Notes: generated by a model not told the origin, from the sequence alone. 64,000 nt of DNA from an uncultured bacterium (GCA_963822585.1 CAWGIE010000033.1:32001-96000), one strand, 5' to 3'. Positions 1 to 8,975 are shown, counted from the stretch's first letter. Made by a program: numbers and translations.

Positions 1-188
1 GATGTATCAATCGTTTTTTCCCGGATGGAATCCCAGACCGGGTCGTCCTTCTGCTCATCCCGGGCCCAATCCGGAGGAGTCCAGGGCTGAGAAACCTCCC
101 CGGGGGGAGCCACCATCCGGCATCCCGAAAGGGACAGGAAGAGTAAAATCAGGCATGGGACTACGACATGATAGAGATAGTTTTTCAT
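1..188 (-). CDS. Lipoprotein, N-terminal part only (possibly outer-membrane efflux/TolC-like)
   Basis: Hand translation from ATG 188: MKNYLYHVVVPCLILLFLSLSGC-RMVAPPGEVSQPWTPPDWA..., with lipobox LSGC. The ORF runs off the window start, so it is missing from the ORF track. The family guess is weak. Confidence 0.55.
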   Translation of the reverse strand, partial: MKNYLYHVVVPCLILLFLSLSGCRMVAPPGEVSQPWTPPDWARDEQKDDPVWDSIREKTIDT

Positions 189-242
189 AGCACGCTTCCC
201 CAACCGGTTAACCGGCGGCAGTATTTCCGCTGTGATCCTGGA

Positions 243-270
243 AGCATATCATAGAAAAAATCCCGGGCAA
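243..270 (-). promoter_or_regulatory. Putative sigma70 promoter for the lipoprotein gene
   Basis: Minus strand TTGCCC-16nt-TATGCT with a TGn extended -10. Confidence 0.4.
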
Positions 271-358
271 GAGATAAATAAACATCAGTGCTTCGCGCTA
301 AGGTTAATTTAGTAACGTCCGGAGATTAAGGTAAATCAGAAGGATTCTCATCTATAGC

Positions 359-481
359 GGATATCAGGTTATCAGCTATACATGGGCAGGATCCCCGAAC
401 ATCAGGTTATCCGGACGCAAGGCGGCTGGCCTGACACTGGTATCCCGATCTTCTTCCTACTGATCCTCTGATTTTCTGATC
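359..481. repeat. Family A ~125-bp imperfect palindrome (ATATCAGG/TTATCAG ... CTGAT units)
   Basis: GGATATCAGGTTATCAG left arm and CTGATCCTCTGATTTTCTGAT right arm; related copies at 29441, 33035 and 59548. Confidence 0.8.
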
Positions 482-537
482 AGCAATTGTTTATTATTTT
501 CCCGATTATCGAAATTCCGAAACTATAAGGATTATCG

Positions 538-566
538 TTGCCCCCGGCAGTGAAATGGAGCATAAT
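538..566 (+). promoter_or_regulatory. Putative sigma70 promoter of the ech operon
   Basis: TTGCCC-17nt-CATAAT, about 50 nt upstream of the echA ATG. Confidence 0.5.
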
Positions 567-614
567 CATCTTATTCAGAAAACAATCAGTTAAAATTTTT
601 CTCAGAAAAATTTT

Positions 615-2489
615 ATGTTCTGGATACTATTCTTAATTCTCTTTCCCCTGCTCCCCGCCGCCCTGCTGCCGGCGATCCGTTCCCGCCGACTGCAGGCCGG
701 CATCGTGATCGTCTCCGCCGCCGCCATCGTCGCCGGCTCGATCGCCGTGAGCATCACCGGCCTGCAGACCGAACCCGGCCCGGAGGGTACCCGTTTCTTC
801 ACCCTCTCCTCGCCTATCTGGAACCGGCTGGTGATCGCCGGGGACATCGCCCTGGCCCTGGTCTTCCTCTGGGTCTGCCGGCGACTCTCCTTCAAAAAAC
901 TGTGGATCCCCCTCCTGGTGATCGTTCAATACGGCGCCGTCATCTATTACGATCTCAGCGGGCGCGTCCCCGAATCCCGGCGTTTCTTCTTTCTGGACAA
1001 TCTCTCCGTCGTCATGGCCCTGGTGATCGGTGTCGTGGGATCGCTGATCGCCGTCTACACGATCGGCTACATGCGGCGCTACCACGAGGAGCACCCGGAC
1101 ATCCCCGACCGGAGCAACCGGTTTTTAGCCGCAATCTTCCTTTTCTTTTTCGCCATGTACGGGATCATCTTCTCCCACTGCATCACCTGGATCTACCTCT
1201 TCTGGGAGATAACGACGCTCTGCTCGTTCATCATGATCGGTTACCCGAAGACCGCCGAAGCGACGGAGAACTCCTTCCGGGCTCTCTGGATGCTTCTGCT
1301 GGGAGGGCTCGGCTTCGCCGCCGCCATTCTTTACGTCTCGAACCACTGCGGAACGGTCGAGTTGACGTCCCTCCTCAGGATGGAGAAGGCCGTTGTCCTC
1401 CTGCCAGTTCTTCTGATCTGTTTCGCCGGGATGAACAAGGCCGCCCAGTTTCCCTTCTCGAAATGGCTGCTGGGCGCGATGGTCGCCCCCACCCCTTCCT
1501 CCGCCCTCCTTCACTCGAGTACCATGGTGAAGGCCGGGGTGTATATCTGCATCCGCTGCTCGCCGGTGCTCCGGGACACCATGGGCGGTGACCTCGTCGC
1601 TCTCATCGGAGGCATCGGTTTCCTGGTCGGATCGGCCCTGGGCATATCCCAGAGGGACGGCAAGAAAGTGCTGGCCTACTCGACTATCGGCAACCTGGGC
1701 CTGATCATCCTCTGCGCCGGGGTGGGAACACCCCTCGCCCTCTGGGCGGCGGTCATGCTCATCATCTTCCACGCGTTGGCCAAAGCCCTCCTCTTCCTCT
1801 GCGTGGGAACGGTCGAACAACAGATCGGCAGCCGGGACATCGAAGAGATGCACGGTCTCATCTCCCGGATGCCGCTATTGACCATCATCATGCTGGTCGG
1901 GATCGCGGGTATGTTCCTCGCTCCCTTCGGGATGCTGATCAGCAAATGGGCCGTTTTGGAGGCGCTGGCCCGCACGAGCCCGGTCTACCCGGTTATCGTC
2001 ATCTTCGGGGGATCGATGATGCTCTTCTTCTGGGGAAAGTGGATGGGGCAGCTGATCGCCGTCACCCGTCCGGAACCGCACCGGGAGAAAGGGATCGGGG
2101 TCGAGTGGGTCGCCCTGGGGACGCTGGCCGTTTTGACCGTGCTCATCTGCGGGCTCTACTGGGTGGTGGGCGTCTACCTGGTCGTGCCGCTCTTCGGCAT
2201 CGACCCGCTCCTGATGCGGGTCGATATCTGGATGGTCTCCGTCCTGCTGGGGCTGATGCTCCTTTTGCCGTTCGGGTTTTTAATCCGCTGGAAGCATCTG
2301 GTCCACGTCGATCCTTACCTGGGAGGAGCCAACGTGGCCGACCCCCACATGTTCATGGGTTCCCTGGGGACGGAACGCTACTGGTGGTTCAACAACTACT
2401 ATCTGAAAAATTTTTTCCCCGAGCAACGGATCACGTTGCTCGCCAACACGGTGACGATCGTGCTCTTGATTATCATGTTGTTTTATTAA
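615..2489 (+). CDS. echA: Energy-converting hydrogenase subunit A (NuoL/MrpA-like antiporter subunit)
   Basis: 624 aa polytopic membrane protein; motifs FWEITTLCSF, KAAQFPFSKWLLGAMVAPTPSSALLHSSTMVKAG, KKVLAYST, HALAKALLFL; first gene of an ABCDEF-ordered operon. Confidence 0.9.
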   Translation: MFWILFLILFPLLPAALLPAIRSRRLQAGIVIVSAAAIVAGSIAVSITGLQTEPGPEGTRFFTLSSPIWNRLVIAGDIALALVFLWVCRRLSFKKLWIPLLVIVQYGAVIYYDLSGRVPESRRFFFLDNLSVVMALVIGVVGSLIAVYTIGYMRRYHEEHPDIPDRSNRFLAAIFLFFFAMYGIIFSHCITWIYLFWEITTLCSFIMIGYPKTAEATENSFRALWMLLLGGLGFAAAILYVSNHCGTVELTSLLRMEKAVVLLPVLLICFAGMNKAAQFPFSKWLLGAMVAPTPSSALLHSSTMVKAGVYICIRCSPVLRDTMGGDLVALIGGIGFLVGSALGISQRDGKKVLAYSTIGNLGLIILCAGVGTPLALWAAVMLIIFHALAKALLFLCVGTVEQQIGSRDIEEMHGLISRMPLLTIIMLVGIAGMFLAPFGMLISKWAVLEALARTSPVYPVIVIFGGSMMLFFWGKWMGQLIAVTRPEPHREKGIGVEWVALGTLAVLTVLICGLYWVVGVYLVVPLFGIDPLLMRVDIWMVSVLLGLMLLLPFGFLIRWKHLVHVDPYLGGANVADPHMFMGSLGTERYWWFNNYYLKNFFPEQRITLLANTVTIVLLIIMLFY

Positions 2490-2534
2490 TCACCTCCATC
2501 TCACGAGATATGAAGACGGCACATTATACAAAAG

Positions 2535-2611
2535 GGAGTAATGGAGTAGTGGAGTATTGGAGTGATGGGACCGCCCCCCATCATTCCACCACTCCATCCT
2601 TCCATCACTCC
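2535..2611. repeat. Family B octamer palindrome (GGAGTRAT)n...(ATYACTCC)n
   Basis: GGAGTAATGGAGTAGTGGAGTATTGGAGTGATGGG paired with CCCATCATTCCACCACTCCATCCTTCCATCACTCC; related copies at 3519, 24172 and 43555. Confidence 0.85.
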
Positions 2612-2625
2612 GTTCAACTTTTCCC

Positions 2626-3489
2626 ATGACACTGCTCTTGATACTCGGCTTTCTGTTCCTTGCACCATTAGTTGGCGGCCTCATCTCGGGGCTGGACCGG
2701 ATCATCACCGCCCGGATGCAGAGCCGGTACGGCCCCCCGGTCCTGCAGCCCTTCTATGACGTGTTCAAGCTCTTTGAGAAGCAGAACCTGACCGTGAACC
2801 GGTTCCACGGATACTATCTGATCTGTTTCCTGATTTTCGTCATCCTCAGCGGCGTCATGTTCTTCGCCGGTATCGACCTGCTCCTGATCATCTTCGCTTT
2901 CACCGTGGCCGACATCCTCCTGGTCCTGGCCGGATACTCGACCAACTCTCCGTACGCCTCGATCGGTTCCGAGCGGGAACTCCTCCAGATGCTGGCGGCG
3001 GAGCCGATGCTCCTGCTCACCGGTGTCGGATTCTACATGGTGACCGGCAGTTTCCAGGTCTCGGAGATCTGCCGGACGGCGATGGCCGGCAAACCCCTGA
3101 TCCTTTACCTCCCGGGGGTCTTCATCGGGCTCACATTCGTCCTCACCATCATGTTCCGGAAATCCCCCTTCGACATCTCCACATCCCATCACGCCCACCA
3201 GGAAGTGGTCAAGGGGATCACGACCGAGTTCGCCGGACCTTCACTGGCGGTGATCGAGATCGCCCACTGGTACGAGACAATACTGCTCCTGGGATTGATC
3301 TACCTTTTCTTCTCCTTCAATCCGGTGGTCGGCGTTCTGGCCGCGCTCTTCGTGTATTTTCTCGAGGTCCTGATCGACAACGTCAACGCCCGGATCAAAT
3401 GGGAGCTGATGCTGAAGGCGGCCTGGCTGGTCACCCTGGCGGCGGGGGTGTTGAATATAGTGATATTGTATCTGGTCTTTCATTATTAA
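2626..3489 (+). CDS. echB: Ech hydrogenase subunit B (NuoH-like)
   Basis: GLDRIITARMQSRYGPPVLQPFYDVFKL and KSPFDISTSHHAHQEVVKGITTEF, typical of EchB/complex I subunit 1. Confidence 0.92.
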   Translation: MTLLLILGFLFLAPLVGGLISGLDRIITARMQSRYGPPVLQPFYDVFKLFEKQNLTVNRFHGYYLICFLIFVILSGVMFFAGIDLLLIIFAFTVADILLVLAGYSTNSPYASIGSERELLQMLAAEPMLLLTGVGFYMVTGSFQVSEICRTAMAGKPLILYLPGVFIGLTFVLTIMFRKSPFDISTSHHAHQEVVKGITTEFAGPSLAVIEIAHWYETILLLGLIYLFFSFNPVVGVLAALFVYFLEVLIDNVNARIKWELMLKAAWLVTLAAGVLNIVILYLVFHY

Positions 3490-3518
3490 GTTCAATCATC
3501 GAGCCACAGAGGATAATG

Positions 3519-3593
3519 TGGAGTGATGGAGTAATGGAATAATGGAGTGATGGAAACGGGCCCGGATTCACCGTCCCAACACTCCAATACTCC
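3519..3593. repeat. Family B octamer palindrome
   Basis: GGAGTGATGGAGTAATGGAATAATGGAGTGATGG ... CCAACACTCCAATACTCC between echB and echC. Confidence 0.8.
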
Positions 3594-3644
3594 CTTCTGA
3601 CATGGTAAAACGTTACGGATTTCATTAGACGATAGGAACCGATC

Positions 3645-4157
3645 ATGGCTTTTATCAAGAGGTCTCCCTGGATCATTCACTACGACGGCTCGAGCTGCAA
3701 CGGCTGCGACATCGAGGTTCTGGCCTGCCTGACCCCGATGTACGATATCGAGCGGTTCGGGGCGGTCAACATGGGAAATCCCAAGCATTCCGATGTCCTC
3801 CTGGTCACCGGGACGGTCAACACCCAGAATCTGGAAATTATCCGCGTTATTTATCAGCAGATGGGCGACCCCCGGGTGGTGGTCGCGATCGGGGCCTGCG
3901 CCGGGAGCGGCGGGATCTTCCGCCAGTGCTATAATGTCCTGGGAGGGGTCGAGAAGGCGATCCCGGTTGACGTCTACGTCCCCGGCTGCCCGGCCCGGCC
4001 GGAAGCGATCATTGACGGGGTCGTGCGGGGGCTGAAAATCCTGGAAGAGAAGAAGCAGACGGGGGAGATCACTCACGCCGAGGGAAGCGGAGACGAAACC
4101 CGGGAACTTTCCCCGGTGCCGGATTTGAATGTTCCGGAGGGAAAAGATGACCGTTGA
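3645..4157 (+). CDS. echC: Ech hydrogenase small subunit C
   Basis: SPWIIHYDGSSCNGCDIE, GACAGSGG and DVYVPGCPARPEAI [4Fe-4S] motifs. Confidence 0.93.
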   Translation: MAFIKRSPWIIHYDGSSCNGCDIEVLACLTPMYDIERFGAVNMGNPKHSDVLLVTGTVNTQNLEIIRVIYQQMGDPRVVVAIGACAGSGGIFRQCYNVLGGVEKAIPVDVYVPGCPARPEAIIDGVVRGLKILEEKKQTGEITHAEGSGDETRELSPVPDLNVPEGKDDR

Positions 4158-4170
4158 AAGAAAAGTGAAA

Positions 4171-4289
4171 GAACGAACGTCCAACATCGAACGTTGAGCG
4201 TCAGCGCAGAGAGCAGAGCGCAGAGAGCAGAGCGCCCGGAAAAAGACTGAACATCGAACGTCGAACGTTCAACATCGAACATCGAACGA
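4171..4289 (+). repeat. Family C heptamer run (AACATCG/AACGTCG/AACGTTC) with a nested AGCGCAG/AGAGCAG run
   Basis: Direct 7-nt units; complementary arms of the same families occur at 51365-51474, 54093-54130, 56894-56952 and 54345-54372. Confidence 0.8.
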
Positions 4290-4385
4290 AAAGCCCCGAA
4301 GGGGCGATATTCAATAGGCCAGGGCGTTAGCCCTGGTTTCCTGGGCGACAGCCCCGGTTAATAAAATTTTCCAAAGGAAAATTTT

Positions 4386-4826
4386 ATGTTTGAAGAAGAG
4401 AAGATCATACCGATAGAGAAGAAAGATCTGTTGGAGAAAGTCAAGGAGATGGCCGACGGGGGGTACCGGCTGGTCCAGATCGGCTGCACGCCCCTGGCGG
4501 AGCTGCAGCTGGATTACAGTTTCGACCGGGAGGGGAAGTTCGTCGACCTGAGGGTAATGCTCCCCCGGGAAAAGGCGCAACTCCCCAGCATCACCGGCAT
4601 CTACCTCTGCGCCTTCACCTATGAGAATGAGCTCCACGATCTCTTCGGGATCGCGATAACGGATCTCGCGGTCGATTACGGCGGCAATTTTTACCGGACG
4701 GTGGGGAAACCACCGATGTCGCCTCCCGCTGCCGTTACGGATGATAAAAACCCGCCGCTTAAAAATACCGGACAGAAAAAAACTGATGAAACCACGAAGG
4801 ACACGAAGGTCACGAAGGATTTATAA
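4386..4826 (+). CDS. echD: Ech hydrogenase subunit D (NuoC-like)
   Basis: GYRLVQIGCT, LDYSF and LPSITGIYLCAFTYENELHDLFGI. Confidence 0.9.
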   Translation: MFEEEKIIPIEKKDLLEKVKEMADGGYRLVQIGCTPLAELQLDYSFDREGKFVDLRVMLPREKAQLPSITGIYLCAFTYENELHDLFGIAITDLAVDYGGNFYRTVGKPPMSPPAAVTDDKNPPLKNTGQKKTDETTKDTKVTKDL

Positions 4827-4941
4827 AAACAACCATACCCTGATTAGCTATTTTATAATTTCAATAAATGCAATGGTAGTCGTAGGCTTTAGCCTGCGTT
4901 GAGTTCTTTCTTATTCTTCGTGTCCTTCGTGATCTTCGTGG
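4791..4941. repeat. Family D nonamer palindrome (ACACGAAGG)n...(CTTCGTGT)n enclosing a GTAG-type REP half
   Basis: ACCACGAAGGACACGAAGGTCACGAAG / CTTCGTGTCCTTCGTGATCTTCGTGG; inner GTAGTCGTAGGCTTTAGCCTGCG; second copy at 39652-39748. Confidence 0.8.
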
Positions 4942-4990
4942 ATATAAATATCTATTATCTTAATAAACAGGTTGCCGATTAATAACTATT

Positions 4991-6071
4991 ATGGGCACGC
5001 GAACGATAATTCCCTTCGGTCCCCAGCACCCGGTGCTGCCGGAACCGATCCATCTTGACCTGGTCCTGGAAGACGAATGGGTATTGGAGGCGATCCCCTC
5101 CCTGGGCTTCATCCACCGGGGGCTGGAATTCCTCTGCCTGAAAAAAACCTTTCTGGAGATGGCCTACGTCGCGGAGAGGATCTGCGGGATCTGCAGCTTC
5201 ATGCACGGGATGGGTTACTGCCGGGGGATCGAACAGATCATGAAGATCGAGATCCCTCCCCGGGGGTCCTATCTCCGGGTCTTCTGGAGCGAACTCTCCC
5301 GTATCCACAGCCATCTCCTCTGGCTGGGGCTGACGGCCGACGCTTTCGGCTACGAGAGCCTCTTCAACCACTGCTGGCGGATCCGGGAGAAGATTTTGGA
5401 TATCATCGAGGAGACAAGCGGCGGACGGGTCATCTTCGGCGTCTGCATGGTGGGCGGCGTCCGCCGGGACGTGGCCGACGAGAATTTGAGGGCGATCGCT
5501 GGAAGGCTGAAGGCGATCGAAGATGACTATCGGAGTATATCGGCCGTCTTCATCAAGGACTATACCGTGGCCCACCGTTTATCCGGGGTCGGGGTGCTCG
5601 ATGCCGGGGAAGCCCACCTTCTCGGCGCCGTGGGACCGACCGCCCGGGGGAGCGGCCTCCCCCAGGACCTGCGCACACTGGGCTACGAGGCCTACGGCGA
5701 CCTGGACTTCGAGCCGATCCGGGAAGAGTCCGGCGACTGTTACGGGCGGTGCCTGGTCCGGGTCCGGGAGGTTCATCATTCATTCGACCTGATCCGCCGG
5801 GCGATCGCGTAAGATGCCCGGGGGAGAGGTCGCGGTCAAGGTGACGGGACTCCCGGAAGGAGAATACTTTTCCCGGGTCGAACAGCCGCGGGGGGAGGTC
5901 GTCTACTACGTGAAGGGCAACGGGACGAAATTTTTGGACCGTTTCCGGGTCCGGACGCCCACCTTCGCCAATATCGCGCCGCTGGTCAAGATGCTGGAGG
6001 GATGCGAACTGGCCGACGTGCCGGTCATCGTCCTCTCGATCGATCCCTGCATCAGCTGCGCGGAACGTTAA
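4991..6071 (+). CDS. echE: Ech hydrogenase large [NiFe] subunit E (split by a 1-nt insertion near 5810, probably a sequencing error)
   Basis: PFGPQHPVLPEP, L1 motif ERICGICSFMH, and C-terminal L2 DPCISCAER with no cleavable extension. Removing one T in GCGATCGCG-T-AAGATG joins ORFs 4991-5812 and 5814-6071. Confidence 0.92.
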
Positions 6072-6140
6072 TTTTAATCATCTTTGGTTATTTAATATTA
6101 ACTGAGGAATCAACCTTAATTGGATTGGCCCGCAGCTGAT

Positions 6141-6196
6141 AAATCCCAAATAACAAATCACAAATAACAAACAAATCCCAAATTCCAAATAACAAA
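6141..6196 (+). repeat. Family E heptamer run (AAATCCC/AAATAAC/AAATCAC)
   Basis: AAATCCCAAATAACAAATCACAAATAACAAACAAATCCCAAATTCCAAATAACAAA, a lone arm between echE and echF. Confidence 0.8.
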
Positions 6197-6365
6197 CTTG
6201 CGCAGCACTTGGTCGGCTGAACTATTATTATTCGTTCCATGTCATCAGATTAATTAGGTGCTCAAAAAAGAGGTCGCGGCAGGGGGAACATCATCCTATT
6301 CAATCACATCAAATCGTCTGTTAAAAAGAGGGCGAGGTTGAGGGCGTTTAAGAGGGTATATTCGT

Positions 6366-6737
6366 ATGCAGGATGTGCCGGCAATTGAGATGCTATGGAC
6401 GGTTCTGAAGAGCCTCTTCAGGAAATCGGCCTGCAAGATGTACCCGAAAAGGCCGGCCACCCGATTCACGGCCACCCGGGGACACATCGTTATCGACCCT
6501 TCCGCCTGCATTCTCTGCTCGATCTGCGCGAGGAACTGTCCCCCCGAGGCACTGATCGTCGACCGGGAAAATCATTTCTGGTCCATCGATCGGCGGCGGT
6601 GCATCCTCTGCGGGTCCTGTGTCGAAAAATGCCCCAAGCACTGCCTCACCATGGAGAACGCCTACGCCGCCCCCGCCACCGATCCCGGGATCGAACAGGT
6701 CCCCGTCTCTCCCCCGACGCCGGGTGGAAAACAGTAA
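6366..6737 (+). CDS. echF: Ech hydrogenase subunit F (2x[4Fe-4S], NuoI-like)
   Basis: YP..TRGHI, CILCSICARNCP and CILCGSCVEKCP; the true start could be the Met at 6390. Confidence 0.9.
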   Translation: MQDVPAIEMLWTVLKSLFRKSACKMYPKRPATRFTATRGHIVIDPSACILCSICARNCPPEALIVDRENHFWSIDRRRCILCGSCVEKCPKHCLTMENAYAAPATDPGIEQVPVSPPTPGGKQ

Positions 6738-6784
6738 TCGGTGATCGGTAATCGGTAATCGGTGATCAGTAATCGGTAATCAGT
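6732..6784 (+). repeat. Family F heptamer run (GTAATCG/GTGATCG/GTAATCA)
   Basis: About seven units starting at the echF stop codon; other copies at 21653-21683 and 22444-22522 (both arms). Confidence 0.85.
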
Positions 6785-6819
6785 AAAAGCTTCGCCGGGG
6801 CGCGGGCGGGCAGGCGAGA

Positions 6820-6980
6820 ATGCCGGCTCGTAGAGGGAAAAAGGCGAACAAAAGTCAGTCATCCCGGACCTATCAGAACCCGGGGGTTCTTGCTCGGGAG
6901 TGGCGAAAGTGCCCTGGAAACCGGGAAATATCCCTCTCAAGCTACCCTGGCGGGGGAGTTAGGGATTTCTCGCGCGCGCA
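6820..6980 (+). pseudogene. Fragment of a small HTH protein of the kind often found next to site-specific recombinases
   Basis: Two frames join to RTYQNPGVLAREW../ALETGKYPSQATLAGELGISRAR, an HTH-like motif, cut off where it meets the opposite-strand gene. Confidence 0.4.
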
Positions 6981-7203
6981 TGTCCGCCAGGGTGAAGAAG
7001 GCGACGGTGAAGATGAGAAGAGTTTCCTCCAACGCCTCCATCCATCCGGGAGAGGTCTGGGGCGTTCGATGGATGAGGAAAGGCACGTCAAGGGCTTCGT
7101 CCAGCCACACCAGGGCGCCCAGAATCAGGAAAGCGGCAACGACCGTCCCGTAGACCGCCCGCTTCAGCCGGCGGACATCAATCTCTGCTCGTTGACGATT
7201 CAT
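6937..7203 (-). CDS. Small two-TM membrane protein, probably C-terminally truncated
   Basis: Two hydrophobic segments with WLDEALDVP and W.EALEET; its tail reads into the antisense of the HTH fragment. Confidence 0.5.
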   Translation of the reverse strand: MNRQRAEIDVRRLKRAVYGTVVAAFLILGALVWLDEALDVPFLIHRTPQTSPGWMEALEETLLIFTVAFFTLADMRAREIPNSPARVA

Positions 7204-7250
7204 TTAACTATCAATTCAACTTTGGGCCGATCTGCCGGGCGGATATCCAT

Positions 7251-8882
7251 TCAGTGCCGTAAGGGTAACCGATACAGAACCGTTCTCCGGCCCCGCCATT
7301 CAACCGAATGCAGTTTTTCCAAACCCCAATGATCCATGCTCTCGTCAAGAAGTTGGGATAACGCCGGCCGGGTTTGCGGGATGGTCCATTCGTCGATTAC
7401 CAGATAATCCGCCCCCCGACTCTGAGCGAACTCCAGGGCTTCTCGACGAGTCCCCGGGTGAATCAGGGCATGTCCCGAATCGGAGTAGAACGGCACGCCC
7501 ATTTTCCGGCTCATCACGAGGCTTTTTCCCACCCCGGGGAGGTTGTCCCTCATCCACAGCCCGAGGATCTTGTATTCATAAGGAACTCCCTCGATCTTCC
7601 GCGGGATCAGGTAAAGCGAACCCGCCGTCATCACGATGAGAATAACAAAAGCGGGCGCCCACCCCAAGATCGCTGCCAGCGGGGTACGGCTTCGACTACA
7701 TCTTTGGCGCCAGGTTTCACACCCGTCAGCGAGCAGGATTAAAAGGAGCGGGAGAAAAAAATAGCAATAGCGGATCTCAACCACGGTGAATATCTGATAC
7801 AGAAATGACGTCCCCAGGAAGAGAAGTAAAAAGGTGTCCCGAAAGCGCCAGCGAACGGCGGTGAGCCTGCGGACGGCTATCAGGATGAGGAGCAGGATCG
7901 TCGCCGCGACCGCCACGTTGATGACGTGCCGGTTCACGGGAAGTTTCCGCGCCTGGGGGTGGCTCCCGAGGTCGACCAGAGAAAGAACATTTCGGAACAG
8001 GTTGGCGAAGATGATCCCCCTGCGTTGCCAGAGAAAGCCAGTCGTTCCTCCACCCTCCTCCCAATCTTTGAGGAATTCTTTTTGATGCTCATATATGTAA
8101 AAATTGACCCGTTCCCAGTCGTTGCTCATTTGCGGTGTAAACGTATATGGGGTGCGACCACTGAGCATCCATTTGCCTAAGTGCCGATGGAGGAAATTCC
8201 AGTACGGGCAGCTGACCACAATAAAACCTATCATGAGGCCGGCCCCGGAAACGAGAACCGGTTTCCATGCTTTGCAATTACCGATCTTCTTCAGTGCCGG
8301 CAGAATCAAACCGAGGGGAAGCAGAACGAGCGCTTCGGGGCGGGTCAGATAGCTCAAGCCGATTGCCAGGCCTCCCGCCAGGCCGAAAAGCCAGGAGGGG
8401 TGCAAAGCTGAGTGATAGAGAAGTGCGGCGGAAGAGGTAAGCAGCAGGGTGTAAAGAGCAAGGGGCCTGATCTCAGTGGCGCCAAAGATAAATCCAGGGA
8501 ACACAGCTGCCATCAAGGCGCCCAGGAGCGCGACCCGGCCCCCGAACATATCCCGGCCCAGGAAGAAGATAGGAGCCACGATCAGGCTACAAGCAATCAC
8601 TGACACGATCTGGCCCGCGAATTCGAGGTCGCCGGACAGCTTCCAAGCGAGGCCGACCAGCACCGGATAAAGAGGGGAATGGATGGTTTCCGGTTGGCCA
8701 CGGGAAGTGAAGCCGTTGCCCGAAAACAAGTTGCGGCCCGCCCAGGCCATCGCCACGCCATCCATGCCGCCGTCGGTCCCGACAAACCGGTAGTGATGGA
8801 GCGCCCAAAGCCCGAGGCAAAGGGAAAAGATATAGATTGCCAGCAGGACAATGAGAGAGTTTCGGTATCGAAAAGAAGTCAT
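7251..8882 (-). CDS. GT-C fold membrane glycosyltransferase (ArnT/PMT-like)
   Basis: 543 aa multi-TM protein; Asp in the first loop (GMDG), HSPLYP, LSYLTRPE, RY, and a C-terminal soluble domain (GADYLVID). Confidence 0.8.
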   Translation of the reverse strand: MTSFRYRNSLIVLLAIYIFSLCLGLWALHHYRFVGTDGGMDGVAMAWAGRNLFSGNGFTSRGQPETIHSPLYPVLVGLAWKLSGDLEFAGQIVSVIACSLIVAPIFFLGRDMFGGRVALLGALMAAVFPGFIFGATEIRPLALYTLLLTSSAALLYHSALHPSWLFGLAGGLAIGLSYLTRPEALVLLPLGLILPALKKIGNCKAWKPVLVSGAGLMIGFIVVSCPYWNFLHRHLGKWMLSGRTPYTFTPQMSNDWERVNFYIYEHQKEFLKDWEEGGGTTGFLWQRRGIIFANLFRNVLSLVDLGSHPQARKLPVNRHVINVAVAATILLLILIAVRRLTAVRWRFRDTFLLLFLGTSFLYQIFTVVEIRYCYFFLPLLLILLADGCETWRQRCSRSRTPLAAILGWAPAFVILIVMTAGSLYLIPRKIEGVPYEYKILGLWMRDNLPGVGKSLVMSRKMGVPFYSDSGHALIHPGTRREALEFAQSRGADYLVIDEWTIPQTRPALSQLLDESMDHWGLEKLHSVEWRGRRTVLYRLPLRH

Positions 8883-8891
8883 AGAAGATTA

Positions 8892-8975
8892 TCGTAGCCG
8901 CCCCGAAAGCTTTCGGGGTGCACCCTGAAAGGTGCAGCTACCGAAAGTTAGTGCGAAGTGCTAAGTTCCTGCTTC
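8892..8975. repeat. GTAG-type REP doublet plus TTAGC..CTAA site
   Basis: CGTAGCCGC...GCACCCTGAAAGGTGCAGCTACC followed by GTTAGTGCGAAGTGCTAAGTTCCTGCTTC; the same combination occurs inverted at 46398-46485. Confidence 0.7.

Noticed and set aside
5800..5820. Programmed frameshift, read-through or naturally split EchE
   Set aside because: No slippery sequence is present, a single extra T explains the break, and similar indels occur throughout the window.
615..6737. Respiratory complex I (nuo) or formate hydrogenlyase
   Set aside because: The large subunit has both Ni-binding CxxC motifs and the order is A-B-C-D-E-F with a single antiporter subunit, which fits Ech.
6824..6838. tRNA-derived att site (GGCTCGTAGAGGGA)
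   Set aside because: Too short, and there is no tRNA or integrase in the window to support it.
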